From IMG/VR virus record IMGVR_UViG_3300025138_000013: a DNA stretch of 64,000 bases. One strand, given 5' to 3'. A program made the position numbers and the translations under genes. Origin of the DNA: a virus. Shown piece after piece: positions 48,520 through 57,891 of the stretch (positions are counted from its first letter, which is position 1; every line of letters starts with the position of its first letter). The notes under the pieces were generated by a model that ran no database searches, was not told the origin of the DNA, and worked only from the letters and a program-made list of their open reading frames with translations.

Positions 48520-49470
48520 ATGGACATATTAGAATCTATACTTAACGAAAGAAAGGTCAAACAAGACAAAGACATTGAAGACCGTAAAGGTACTCAACCA
48601 TCCAAGTATTACGCAAAGGATGCTGATGGTGACGAAATGTCTAAGTCTACCAAACAAAAACGTGCAGCTCATTTTGCACAGAAAAAAGACGGCCCTGCAC
48701 CTGGCGACCATGATGCAGATACTAAACCTTCCAAACATACTAAAAAGTACAAAGATATGTACGAAGATGCTGGTAAGTCACTTGCAAAGAAAGCTGATAA
48801 ATCGGGGATATCAAAAGGTATTCTACAACAGGTTTATAACAGAGGTGTGGCTGCATGGAAGACTGGTCATAGGCCAGGCACTACTCCAGAGCAGTGGGGA
48901 CATGCAAGAGTAAATTCATTCATCACCAAAGGTAAAGGAACATGGGGTGGTGCAGACAAAGACCTTGCAAAGAAAGCTGGTGCATCTGAATCAGTCCAAG
49001 AAGGTAAATTAGTTACTAGTGCTCAAGACATCATTGCTCTAATTTTGAAAAAAGTTGGTCAAAAAATGGAAGATGAGTTTACAAAGAATCCCGAAAAAGG
49101 TATTGGCCTTATCAATACAATCGGTGCAATGGTTAAACATAAAGTTACCAATAAGAAACAAGAGAAAGGTAAACTATTTCTTAAATTCGGTGACAATCTA
49201 GAGGGTGATTTATTAGAAGATGCAGCCGTAGATGCAGCGGAGTTAAAAGCAAAACAAGCAGGTGAACTCGAACGTCTTAAACTAAGACAAGAGGACGAAC
49301 TCGAAGCATTGACTAAAAGACACGAAAGAGAAACAGAAAGAGTCGATGGTCAGAAAGAGAAAGAGACTGCAGACAAACAAATTCAATCAAAACGTGATGC
49401 AGACAGAAAGAAAGCAGAAACGAAATCAGAAAGTTATAAAACTATTTTAAAGGTAAGGGGAATAAAATGA
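48520..49470 (+). CDS. Probable internal head protein
   Basis: KSGISKGILQQVYNRGVAAW...WGHARVNSF module; several L/V-x-E sites. Confidence 0.65.
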   Translation: MDILESILNERKVKQDKDIEDRKGTQPSKYYAKDADGDEMSKSTKQKRAAHFAQKKDGPAPGDHDADTKPSKHTKKYKDMYEDAGKSLAKKADKSGISKGILQQVYNRGVAAWKTGHRPGTTPEQWGHARVNSFITKGKGTWGGADKDLAKKAGASESVQEGKLVTSAQDIIALILKKVGQKMEDEFTKNPEKGIGLINTIGAMVKHKVTNKKQEKGKLFLKFGDNLEGDLLEDAAVDAAELKAKQAGELERLKLRQEDELEALTKRHERETERVDGQKEKETADKQIQSKRDADRKKAETKSESYKTILKVRGIK

Positions 49471-49961
49471 GTGGGAACAAACATGATAACGGAGTCCATG
49501 AAGTTGGAACAGACGAAACCAAAAAGGCATATCAAGAAGATACTCCAGGCCAACAGGTAGAGGAATATCTATCACAGGTCAAGGTTGTCAATGAAGAGAG
49601 ACAAAAGAAACACTTCTCTACTAAGTACCCTAATCCATTAAAAGGATTCCCTTACAATGAAGAGAAACTAGAAGAAGCATGTTGGGATGGTTACGTTCAG
49701 AAAGGATTCAAAACAAAAAATGGTAAACAAGTACCAAACTGTGTCCCTATAGGTGAAGAAATACAAGAAGCATTTAGACCTAACCCCGAATTAAGAGATG
49801 TTAAGAAACTTGATAAAATGCTAGAGAGTGCATACAAAAGTATGAACAAATTACAAAATGGTAAATCCCTCTATCTGAGAAAATGCAATGATGGTATTGT
49901 AGACGCTAGAAGAGCTTTAGACGAATATGTTGATGCTATTGAGAGCGGAAAGCTTGACTAA
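49467..49961 (+). CDS. Probable internal head protein
   Basis: LEEACWDGY...VPNCVP, IQEA. Confidence 0.6.
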   Translation: MSGNKHDNGVHEVGTDETKKAYQEDTPGQQVEEYLSQVKVVNEERQKKHFSTKYPNPLKGFPYNEEKLEEACWDGYVQKGFKTKNGKQVPNCVPIGEEIQEAFRPNPELRDVKKLDKMLESAYKSMNKLQNGKSLYLRKCNDGIVDARRALDEYVDAIESGKLD

Positions 49962-50494
49962 TGAAGACCTTTCACGAACTGGCTATACACGAGACAGTTG
50001 ATAGTCTACAAGAGACTAACACTAATATAACCGACAATCCTTTTAGATTGGGTTCTATGATGTATTTTGAAGTCATCAAAGAGGCAAGGAAGAGATTAAG
50101 TGAGGATAGATACGTACTTACAGAGGTTGATAAACAAATCCTAGAGACAGACTTAGGTGAGTTTGAGGTCTATGAGGGTAACATGGTTCCTCTAGATTGT
50201 CCTATGATTATAGAAGAAGAAGAAAAGGAACCCGAACTCAATAAACCCAAAGTCGGTGGTAGTAAGAAATACTATGTCTATGTAAAGGACGGTGACAAGA
50301 TTAAGAAGATATCTTGGGGTGATACTACAGGGTTAAAAGTAAAGTTAAAAAATGACAAAGCAAGAAAGAGCTTTGTTGCAAGACACCAGTGTTCTACTAA
50401 GAACGACAAGACTACGGCAGGCTATTGGGCATGTCGATTACCATACTACGCAAAACAATTAGGTTTGAGTGGTGGGGGAGATTTTTTTTGGTAG
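49961..50494 (+). CDS. Conserved hypothetical protein
   Basis: MKTF start; KKYYVYVK...WGD...RKSFVARHQC...AGYWAC. Confidence 0.7.
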   Translation: MKTFHELAIHETVDSLQETNTNITDNPFRLGSMMYFEVIKEARKRLSEDRYVLTEVDKQILETDLGEFEVYEGNMVPLDCPMIIEEEEKEPELNKPKVGGSKKYYVYVKDGDKIKKISWGDTTGLKVKLKNDKARKSFVARHQCSTKNDKTTAGYWACRLPYYAKQLGLSGGGDFFW

Positions 50495-50521
50495 TCTAAA
50501 TATAGGTGTAGGTTATACATT

Positions 50522-50782
50522 ATGAAAGAATTATATCACACATACGTGAAAGATGCAAGAGAAGCAAAGGTCTATAAAACTTCAAAAGGATTTGAAGTTG
50601 ACCTCAAAGAATTAGGTACAGGTAAGAAAGGACGCAGAGCGGTCTATGACCATTCTGAATCGTATGCAGAGAATTTAGCAGAGAACTTCGTCGAAGGAAT
50701 GTTCGACTTAGAACCGAACGATATTGGGTACTATGGTTACAAACAAAAGTCAAACAACTATGTTAAAGGACTTGACGACTAA
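50522..50782 (+). CDS. Hypothetical protein
   Basis: HSESYAENLAENFVEG; CTAAATA upstream. Confidence 0.65.
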   Translation: MKELYHTYVKDAREAKVYKTSKGFEVDLKELGTGKKGRRAVYDHSESYAENLAENFVEGMFDLEPNDIGYYGYKQKSNNYVKGLDD

Positions 50783-51059
50783 ACCTTATACCGAAAGGGT
50801 AGAGGAACAACATGGTACAGGTGTACCTTACGTTATAAGAGAGTTCGAGGACAGTGTATTGGAAGAAGAACTGGTCTGGCATAGAGACAAAGAGTCTCGA
50901 CAGGTTAGCGTATTAAGTGGTAGTAACTGGTCATTACAACATGATGACGAGTTACCTATATTATTAAATCAAGGAGAAGAGTATTATATTCCTAAAATGA
51001 CCTACCACAGGTTGATAAAAGGACAAGGAAATCTTGTTGTTAGGATACGAATTACATAA
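50760..51059 (+). CDS. Small cupin-like protein
   Basis: ELVWHRD...IPKMTYHRLIKG; start uncertain. Confidence 0.6.
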   Translation: MLKDLTTKPYTERVEEQHGTGVPYVIREFEDSVLEEELVWHRDKESRQVSVLSGSNWSLQHDDELPILLNQGEEYYIPKMTYHRLIKGQGNLVVRIRIT

Positions 51060-51067
51060 ATAAGACT

Positions 51068-51613
51068 ATGAGTTATAAATCAGAAAATTGGAAGGACAAA
51101 CTGGATGAAGTCCGTAACTACGTGGAACCACGTAAAGATGGCACGTTAGAAAAGACTGCAGAAGACATCATTTCAGACGAAATTGAGGCCTTAGTAGCTC
51201 ATCTTGAGGAAGATTTAAGTACTGAAGACACTCTTCCCGAAGTAGAAGATATAGAAGAATTTATTGTTGAAGAGGGAATGGGAGATAAAATCTCTAAACT
51301 TTTCAAAACTAAGGACAAAAAAGAAGTCAATGGTATTGCAAATCTTATGAACATGACAGATGTCAAAGTTCTACAAGCTATGCAGAAACAAAATCCTAAA
51401 GGATTCAAAAGAATGACTGCAAAGATGGGTGAACTTCCAGCAATGGAAGAGGTTCAAGAAGAAGTCATAGAAGAGAACACATCTCTCGAAAAGACAGTTG
51501 AAAAATTAACAGAAAAAAACATGTTAGGTAGACTTGCAAAGTCTTTACGTCTTGATGAAGAAGGTAAAGAAAAAATGTTTGACTACTTCAAAAAAGGAGA
51601 ATTAGAACAATGA
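51068..51613 (+). CDS. Probable internal head protein
   Basis: TAAATA-N5-ATG; acidic, many I/L/V-x-E sites. Confidence 0.6.
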   Translation: MSYKSENWKDKLDEVRNYVEPRKDGTLEKTAEDIISDEIEALVAHLEEDLSTEDTLPEVEDIEEFIVEEGMGDKISKLFKTKDKKEVNGIANLMNMTDVKVLQAMQKQNPKGFKRMTAKMGELPAMEEVQEEVIEENTSLEKTVEKLTEKNMLGRLAKSLRLDEEGKEKMFDYFKKGELEQ

Positions 51614-52794
51614 AATTTGAAGGATTAGGACATGGTTTATCCGACTCTTTACTCGCAGCTGCTAACGCAATTGTATTGGAAAGTGGTGATTATAAGAAGT
51701 TCTTTCAAGCTGCACTAAAGAAGTTTGGAGTAACATCTCCAGCAGAACTTAAGGGTGACAAAGAGAAAGAATTCTATGATTACATCGATAAGAACTGGGA
51801 CGGTAAAGACGAGAAGAAAGAAGCAAAGATAGACGAAGATGTTCGAGATATGAAAAACTTCAAAAATAAAGACCGTAGAGGTCATGAGGCTAGTTTATAT
51901 ATCGAAACAAAGGGTAAAATTTCCAAAGATGAATTAACAGTTATAGATAAACTAATTAGTAAAATTAGGAAAATGCATGTAACTAGTTTTGATGGTGCAT
52001 CTGATGAACCAAATTCTTTAGAATTTTACGGTGACGAAAAGTCTTTAGACAAATTTATTTCTGATAGAAATGTACAAAAGATTGTTAAAAAGTATAAGGG
52101 TAAGGTAAACGGCCCAACGAAAAACGAATCAGTTAGAATTGAAGAAGTCTTACCAACACCAATTGACGGTGTCGCAGAATCAGAAACATTTAACGAGAAG
52201 GCTGGAAAGTATGCAAAATACTCAGACCTTCTTATGCAAAAAGCAAGACTAGTTGCACAAGGCCCAGCTGCCACAAAAGAAGTTGGTGACATCAACAAGA
52301 AGATTGCATCCGAGATTAAGAAACTTGGTATCAAAGAAGACAAAGGATTTGAAAGAATTCTTATGGCTGTATTCGAAGGACAGATAGAAGAGAAAGCAAA
52401 ACCTTCAAAAAAGTTTATTAAACTTGGTGACGAAAAAAAAAATGTAAATGAAGGTAGTAGAGATTACTACAAACAAGCTGATGCTTTAATCTCTAAACAT
52501 GGTGAAGAAAAAGCATTTGTATACAAAGCACCTAAACTTAATAAAATAGTAAAGGAACTACAAAACCTCATCAAAAAAGAAGTTAAAGCAGGTTTCAAAG
52601 AGTCTAAAAAACAAGGTGAGACAGTAATAAAACAATTACAAAAGTTAGAAGTAATGGGTTATGATGAGAATATCGTTATGACAAACAAACAGCATTCTAA
52701 GTTTAAGTTTGATGGTGATACTGCATTTAGAGAAGAGATGGCAGAAATCATCATGCAAGATGCGATTCTATCATACGCAATATTTGGAGAGTAG
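51610..52794 (+). CDS. Probable internal head polyprotein
   Basis: YKKFF..ALKKFGV.SP.EL...KKEFYDYIDKNW module; VLES, IDED, FNEK, IEEK, VNEG junctions. Confidence 0.6.
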   Translation: MKFEGLGHGLSDSLLAAANAIVLESGDYKKFFQAALKKFGVTSPAELKGDKEKEFYDYIDKNWDGKDEKKEAKIDEDVRDMKNFKNKDRRGHEASLYIETKGKISKDELTVIDKLISKIRKMHVTSFDGASDEPNSLEFYGDEKSLDKFISDRNVQKIVKKYKGKVNGPTKNESVRIEEVLPTPIDGVAESETFNEKAGKYAKYSDLLMQKARLVAQGPAATKEVGDINKKIASEIKKLGIKEDKGFERILMAVFEGQIEEKAKPSKKFIKLGDEKKNVNEGSRDYYKQADALISKHGEEKAFVYKAPKLNKIVKELQNLIKKEVKAGFKESKKQGETVIKQLQKLEVMGYDENIVMTNKQHSKFKFDGDTAFREEMAEIIMQDAILSYAIFGE

Positions 52795-52795
52795 A

Positions 52796-54202
52796 ATGAA
52801 TTTATTTCATGAAGCAAAGAAAGTTTTAGATAAGGATGGTAAAGTCAATCCTTTGGGCCCATATGGGAAACAAAAACTTACAGGTAGAGAGGTATCTACA
52901 TACTTCAGAAGAAATAAAGTCAGTGACCCCGAAGTTAAGAAAGCTGTAGAAGTTGCACTTGACCTTGGTGGTGCAGACACTATTGCAAGACAAGAAATTA
53001 AAAAGTTCTACGGTGATAAGATTCTAAAATCAAAAGAAGTTCAGAATGCATTGAAGTATGCAAACGAAGAATTCCAATTTCAAGAAGATTACAAAAAAGT
53101 AATCAAAATGTATCCAAGAGATAAAGACTGGAAGAAACTCATCACAAAACACAGAAAAGCAATTGATGATTTCAGAAAGAACAACAAAGATTTACCTAAA
53201 AAGGTAGAAGACGATTTAATAGGTTGGGCATCAACAACTGGAGCAGTTGGTCATAAAGACGATGTAGAAGACTTCATAATGGACATCCTTGATGAAGGCA
53301 TCATTTCCGAGAAGTTCAAACCTTACAGTGACAAACAGTATCCTAGATGTGTAGACTTCTACATTCAATTCAGAGGTGGTAAAGGAGACAGAATCACTTC
53401 AGAAGAGAATAAGAAAGACTTCATTAAAGCAACAGATATGATTGATGCATACTGTAAGAAAAACAAAATCAAACAAAAACCAGTTTACTCAACACCAATG
53501 GAAGGTTCAAGTGCATACAAAGTCGGTCTTATGATTGACAAATCTTACAGCAAAACAACCGATTATGATGATGGTAAGGACTTACAACCTTTATATGTTG
53601 CATTAAGTAAACTAAAGACTGCAGAAGACCACGGTGGTGGTTGGAGTGTTATGGTACCTAAAGGATTAGGCCCAGTTAAAGAAGACGAAGTAGAAGAAGG
53701 TAAAGATAAAATCAAATACCGTGGTAATCTAAAAGGATTAAAAGAAGGAACTATAACAGAAGCTAAGAACCTTATGCCTGCAATTCAAAAGATTGTAGAC
53801 ACTAAAGGTGCAGCCAAAGTTGGTGGAGTCATGTTAGATATGTTTACTGCATCTATGATTACAACAGTTTATGATAAAGTAAACGACCAAAACAAGAGTA
53901 GAATGGAGAAATCAAACATTCAAACTCTAGTACACATTGCACATAAAGTAATGGGTGTTAAAGAATCAATTAATGAAGAGATGATTTCTTACAGAGTTAA
54001 AGGAATGCAGAGACCCGAAGAAGAAAAATTTAAAAAGTCTGCAAAGATGATGGGTCTAAAGATTACTATGGATAAAGGTAAGAAAGATACAGTAATCGTT
54101 ATGAGTGGAACTAAGAAGAAACTCAGAGACTTTGATGCAGTTGCAAGAGGCAAATCATCATATGGTGACCCTTCAACAATTATGCATTTTGACGAGAAGT
54201 AG
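52796..54202 (+). CDS. Probable internal head polyprotein
   Basis: MNLFHEAK start; modules separated by FQED, ISEK, LKEG/ITEA, INEE. Confidence 0.6.
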   Translation: MNLFHEAKKVLDKDGKVNPLGPYGKQKLTGREVSTYFRRNKVSDPEVKKAVEVALDLGGADTIARQEIKKFYGDKILKSKEVQNALKYANEEFQFQEDYKKVIKMYPRDKDWKKLITKHRKAIDDFRKNNKDLPKKVEDDLIGWASTTGAVGHKDDVEDFIMDILDEGIISEKFKPYSDKQYPRCVDFYIQFRGGKGDRITSEENKKDFIKATDMIDAYCKKNKIKQKPVYSTPMEGSSAYKVGLMIDKSYSKTTDYDDGKDLQPLYVALSKLKTAEDHGGGWSVMVPKGLGPVKEDEVEEGKDKIKYRGNLKGLKEGTITEAKNLMPAIQKIVDTKGAAKVGGVMLDMFTASMITTVYDKVNDQNKSRMEKSNIQTLVHIAHKVMGVKESINEEMISYRVKGMQRPEEEKFKKSAKMMGLKITMDKGKKDTVIVMSGTKKKLRDFDAVARGKSSYGDPSTIMHFDEK

Positions 54203-54205
54203 GTA

Positions 54206-54751
54206 ATGAGTGTCAAAGGTGATGCAAGATACAAACTTTTTAAGGAGAAACTTAAGAAGTTAGGGTACATCAAAGATGCTGCAAAGAAGACCAATGCCGT
54301 AATGGAGAAGGCTTCAGATTTTGCAATGATGAGTGACGGTGGCAATAAGAAGATTGCACGTGCAGTATCAAAGGCAAAATCAGAAAAAGAATTGCGTGCG
54401 ATGATACAGAAAATCAGTACAATGGCTGGTGGAAAGTATTCAGAAGCACAAGAGGATGAGGTAGTCGATAGAGCAATTGATGCTTTTAACTCAAAAGCAG
54501 CGGGAATGCAATTAAGACCCGATGCAAATGTTCTTGTTCAGTTATCAAAAATGATTGATACTAAACGAGATACAGAAGTAAGAACGGACGACATGAAAAA
54601 GTTGAAGGTAAAGCATCAAGATGCAGAAAAAGTTTATCAGGCATTAATGTCTGTTAAGCCCGCCTTAAGAGATAAATACTCACGACTTTTACAAAAAGAT
54701 ATAAAATCTTTTAAAAAGACTTTTGATACAATATTAAGAGTCGCTAAATAA
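54206..54751 (+). CDS. Hypothetical basic protein
   Basis: DARYKLFKEKLKKLGY...NVLVQL. Confidence 0.6.
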   Translation: MSVKGDARYKLFKEKLKKLGYIKDAAKKTNAVMEKASDFAMMSDGGNKKIARAVSKAKSEKELRAMIQKISTMAGGKYSEAQEDEVVDRAIDAFNSKAAGMQLRPDANVLVQLSKMIDTKRDTEVRTDDMKKLKVKHQDAEKVYQALMSVKPALRDKYSRLLQKDIKSFKKTFDTILRVAK

Positions 54752-54771
54752 ATCTATAACGGAGAAATAAA

Positions 54772-55344
54772 ATGGCACTTTGGGGACATACAAGTGGTTC
54801 AGAATCAAAACCTAACTGGTTAACTGACGCCGAAAAAACAAACACTCAAGCTAAACCATATGGTTGGGAATTAAAAAAAGTAGTGGGTTCAAGAACATTG
54901 ACTGAAACATTAGTCGCATGGTCTAGTTCTGCACTTACAACTGCTCTTGGAGCAGCTAATATCACTGATATTGATTGGATTTCCACTGCACATGATGTGT
55001 CTAATGGTTCTACACTATCTGCAAAAGTTATCTTTAACGAAGCAGTAGACGTTACTGGAACACCTCAACTATCAGTTACCAACGGTAACCAAGGTACTGG
55101 AAGTGGAAGAGGCCCACATGTATTATCATATGCAAGTGGAACAGGTACTAACGAACTAACGTTCAATCTAGTAGTTGGAGCTGCATCAGCTTCAATCGCT
55201 GCAGATGACCAGTTAGTCTTTGGTGCAAACCCAGTATCACTAAACAGTGGAACTATTAAAGACAAAGGTACCTCAACTGTATCAACAATTACCTCAGTAG
55301 CAGGTATTGGAACTGCAGCTGGGAAAATTACTGCAGTAGCTTAA
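54772..55344 (+). CDS. Probable virion structural protein (Ig-like beta-rich)
   Basis: MALWG start, FNEAVDVTGTPQL, YASGTGTNELTF; late box plus GGAG. Confidence 0.65.
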   Translation: MALWGHTSGSESKPNWLTDAEKTNTQAKPYGWELKKVVGSRTLTETLVAWSSSALTTALGAANITDIDWISTAHDVSNGSTLSAKVIFNEAVDVTGTPQLSVTNGNQGTGSGRGPHVLSYASGTGTNELTFNLVVGAASASIAADDQLVFGANPVSLNSGTIKDKGTSTVSTITSVAGIGTAAGKITAVA

Positions 55345-55351
55345 TTAAGTA

Positions 55352-55579
55352 ATGGCGTACGTAGCAGTCACAGGTTCGGGCGGAATTTGGGAGTATGAAA
55401 ACTCTGCAACTAAATCAGATGCAGATACATACTCCGAATCTAACGGAACTGTTACGGCGGGTATTAGAACATTTACATCGATTGGTGGTAACACTGAAAG
55501 ATACTACATTAAATGTAGAAAGGTCGGTGAAACAATAGTTCGTGGTGAATTAAATAAAAACTACTACGACGCAAAATAG
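55352..55579 (+). CDS. Hypothetical small protein
   Basis: Co-oriented ORF filling the gap. Confidence 0.6.
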   Translation: MAYVAVTGSGGIWEYENSATKSDADTYSESNGTVTAGIRTFTSIGGNTERYYIKCRKVGETIVRGELNKNYYDAK

Positions 55580-55591
55580 GAATAAAAAATT

Positions 55592-55999
55592 ATGAAAAAA
55601 TTCAGACAATTCATTGCAGAGACCCATGGGTCAAAGCAAGTCGGTGGACTTTCTTCAAATCAGATACCACATGACATTGATGATGCAGACGTTAAAGCTA
55701 GCATCAATGCAGTCTTAGGACACACAGCAAGTTCAGAATACATGAACCCACAAGCTGCAGTCGAACAGATGAAGGCAAAACTCGAGCAACTTGGACTTGC
55801 AATGATGCAACATGACAATGTTGAGTTCAATGAAAGTGGAGAGTTTGACCTTTCTTTCTCAAGATATGGTGAAACATTCGGAAAAACAGTTGATACACCA
55901 CACGACGAGTTCGAAAAAGAAGAAAAAATAGTTTCACTTAACGTGAAATACGAACGGTTAATGAACAACAGTTACAAAGTATACGGTTCATTGGTCTAA
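55592..55999 (+). CDS. Protein with capsid-targeting-like N-terminus
   Basis: MKKFRQFIAE resembles T4 internal-protein targeting peptide MKTYQEFIAE. Confidence 0.65.
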   Translation: MKKFRQFIAETHGSKQVGGLSSNQIPHDIDDADVKASINAVLGHTASSEYMNPQAAVEQMKAKLEQLGLAMMQHDNVEFNESGEFDLSFSRYGETFGKTVDTPHDEFEKEEKIVSLNVKYERLMNNSYKVYGSLV

Positions 56000-56055
56000 A
56001 ACCTTCCTTAGAGGTCTACTAAATACCATGGTAGACCACTATTTTAAATTATATT

Positions 56056-56427
56056 ATGAGTCTTTTTGACAAACTAACAGCAAAAAACTTTTCTGCATTC
56101 GCTCTGAAGCATTACGATGACCCTCAATGTGAGGACATGGAAGACTTCCAAGAAGATTTACGCAGATTCAGATACCTTAAACGATTACTATTCAGATACC
56201 ATGAAAGTGGTGAACTAAGGGAACGCCTTTTACTCAATCATCTTATATGCCTATTCAATGTATTTGGATATGAACCATGTATGAGAATGTTAAGATTCAA
56301 AATAAAAGAAGATAGATATTGGTCTTCAATCAAAACCTTACTACTATACCTAGATTACATCACACAGGACTTCAAACCCGAATTACCAATTGATGATGTA
56401 ATTGCACAAAGATTGAGAGAACTATAG
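56056..56427 (+). CDS. Conserved hypothetical protein of T4-like phages
   Basis: FALKHYDDPQC...FQEDLRRFRYLKRL...ERLLLNHLI. Confidence 0.8.
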   Translation: MSLFDKLTAKNFSAFALKHYDDPQCEDMEDFQEDLRRFRYLKRLLFRYHESGELRERLLLNHLICLFNVFGYEPCMRMLRFKIKEDRYWSSIKTLLLYLDYITQDFKPELPIDDVIAQRLREL

Positions 56428-56503
56428 GCTCCCATAGCTCAGCTGGTAGAGCAACTGATTTGTAATCAGTAGGTCAACCGTTCGAATCGGTTTGGGAGCT
56501 CCA
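56428..56503 (+). tRNA. tRNA-Thr (UGU)
   Basis: Acceptor GCTCCCA/TGGGAGC, D-arm GCTC/GAGC, anticodon arm ACTGA-TTTGTAA-TCAGT, T-arm AACCG-TTCGAAT-CGGTT, encoded CCA. Confidence 0.97.
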
Positions 56504-56528
56504 CTGCTCAAAAGACCTAAATAGATAT

Positions 56529-57113
56529 ATGAGAATAGTAGATACTTTAATAGTCTTTAGAATGCTCAAGATGTTAACAACACCTTGGGAGAAAATGCAG
56601 GCATATAAATTTGGGTTCATCGACAACAAAGGGACAAGAATCAAAAAGATAGAAGTCGAAGGTAAGATGGTCGACAACAAACCCGAAACTTCTGCAGAAA
56701 AATCTTCCTTGACACCTTTACATCGTGTAGTATTCAATCTAAAGAAAATAATAAACAAGGTACCGTTTGGTAAATCACAATTTGCATCTTACGCTGTTGC
56801 ACTTCTCATGCTCAAAGAGCAGAATGAGATGGATGAAGACCAAATGGAAGAATTATGTGAGAAGTTCTATAGACATCTAAAAGAACTAGGTAAGGTAGAT
56901 GCAGAGGTTCTAGAAGAATCTATGTCAGTCGGTAAATTACAGGCTGGTGGAGTGTATCACTTACGTAGAAGACTAGAACAGTTAGATATAGAACACCCAC
57001 ACAAATCAGAAATCACAATCATGGAACATCATTCCAAAGTATATGGAATTGACGTTTACATTGGTTATATCAACGAAGATAGAGTCTTGGTAACAGAAGA
57101 TGACGTATACTAA
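56529..57113 (+). CDS. Conserved hypothetical protein
   Basis: FRMLKMLTTPW...AYKFGFID...HRVVFNLKKI...SYAVALLMLKE. Confidence 0.75.
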   Translation: MRIVDTLIVFRMLKMLTTPWEKMQAYKFGFIDNKGTRIKKIEVEGKMVDNKPETSAEKSSLTPLHRVVFNLKKIINKVPFGKSQFASYAVALLMLKEQNEMDEDQMEELCEKFYRHLKELGKVDAEVLEESMSVGKLQAGGVYHLRRRLEQLDIEHPHKSEITIMEHHSKVYGIDVYIGYINEDRVLVTEDDVY

Positions 57114-57888
57114 ACATCTCTCAGTTTTCCTAAAGGAAGACATAGACCATATGGTCTTTAATTCTCAAGAAGAATTGAAGAAACCAAAGTACGAAAACCT
57201 AGAGATATGGAATGAAGGTTGGGAGACTATAATGTTAGGACAATTTCCTAAAGGTAATGCAGTTGTTAAAGAGTTGCAAGAAATACAGAAATACGTTGCA
57301 GCTACAACAGACGAACAAAAAGAAGAATACCTTAACTGTGACGAAGATACAACTTACTATATCAAAGAGTATATGAATAAAGAGGGGTTGGATTATGATG
57401 TGGATACTGTAGAGTATCTTGAAGACCAGTGTAAACCTATAATCAAACATCATAAGAATCACTTCAATCGTGCAAGACCATATCAAGTTGCAGAAGAATT
57501 AGATATGGATTTTGAAAGATACAAAACTGATACTGCAAAGACACCTTCATATCCAAGTGGACATACAGTCCAACCATTTATAGTTGCAGAATATTACAGT
57601 AAACTATACCCACAACACCGTGCTGGATTAATGAATGGTGCAAAGATTAGTGGGTTTGGTAGAGTTGTAGCGGGATTACACTACCCTTCAGATTATGAAG
57701 CAGGAGTAAAACTTGCATCCGAACTCATGGAATTCATGAACTTCGGAAAATTAAAAGAAGATGCACCTATGAATGCCACTGGTGCAGCTGTTTCAACCGA
57801 TGCAAATAGTATTGGTTTCAAGAAGAGGAATAAGAAGTATGAACCAAATGCTCTATACACTCTCTTGCGTAGAAACATCAAGAGATAG
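57100..57888 (+). CDS. PAP2-superfamily phosphatase / haloperoxidase-like protein
   Basis: KNHFNRARP, PSYPSGH, RVVAGLHYPSD. Confidence 0.88.
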   Translation: MTYTKHLSVFLKEDIDHMVFNSQEELKKPKYENLEIWNEGWETIMLGQFPKGNAVVKELQEIQKYVAATTDEQKEEYLNCDEDTTYYIKEYMNKEGLDYDVDTVEYLEDQCKPIIKHHKNHFNRARPYQVAEELDMDFERYKTDTAKTPSYPSGHTVQPFIVAEYYSKLYPQHRAGLMNGAKISGFGRVVAGLHYPSDYEAGVKLASELMEFMNFGKLKEDAPMNATGAAVSTDANSIGFKKRNKKYEPNALYTLLRRNIKR

Positions 57889-57891
57889 ATT

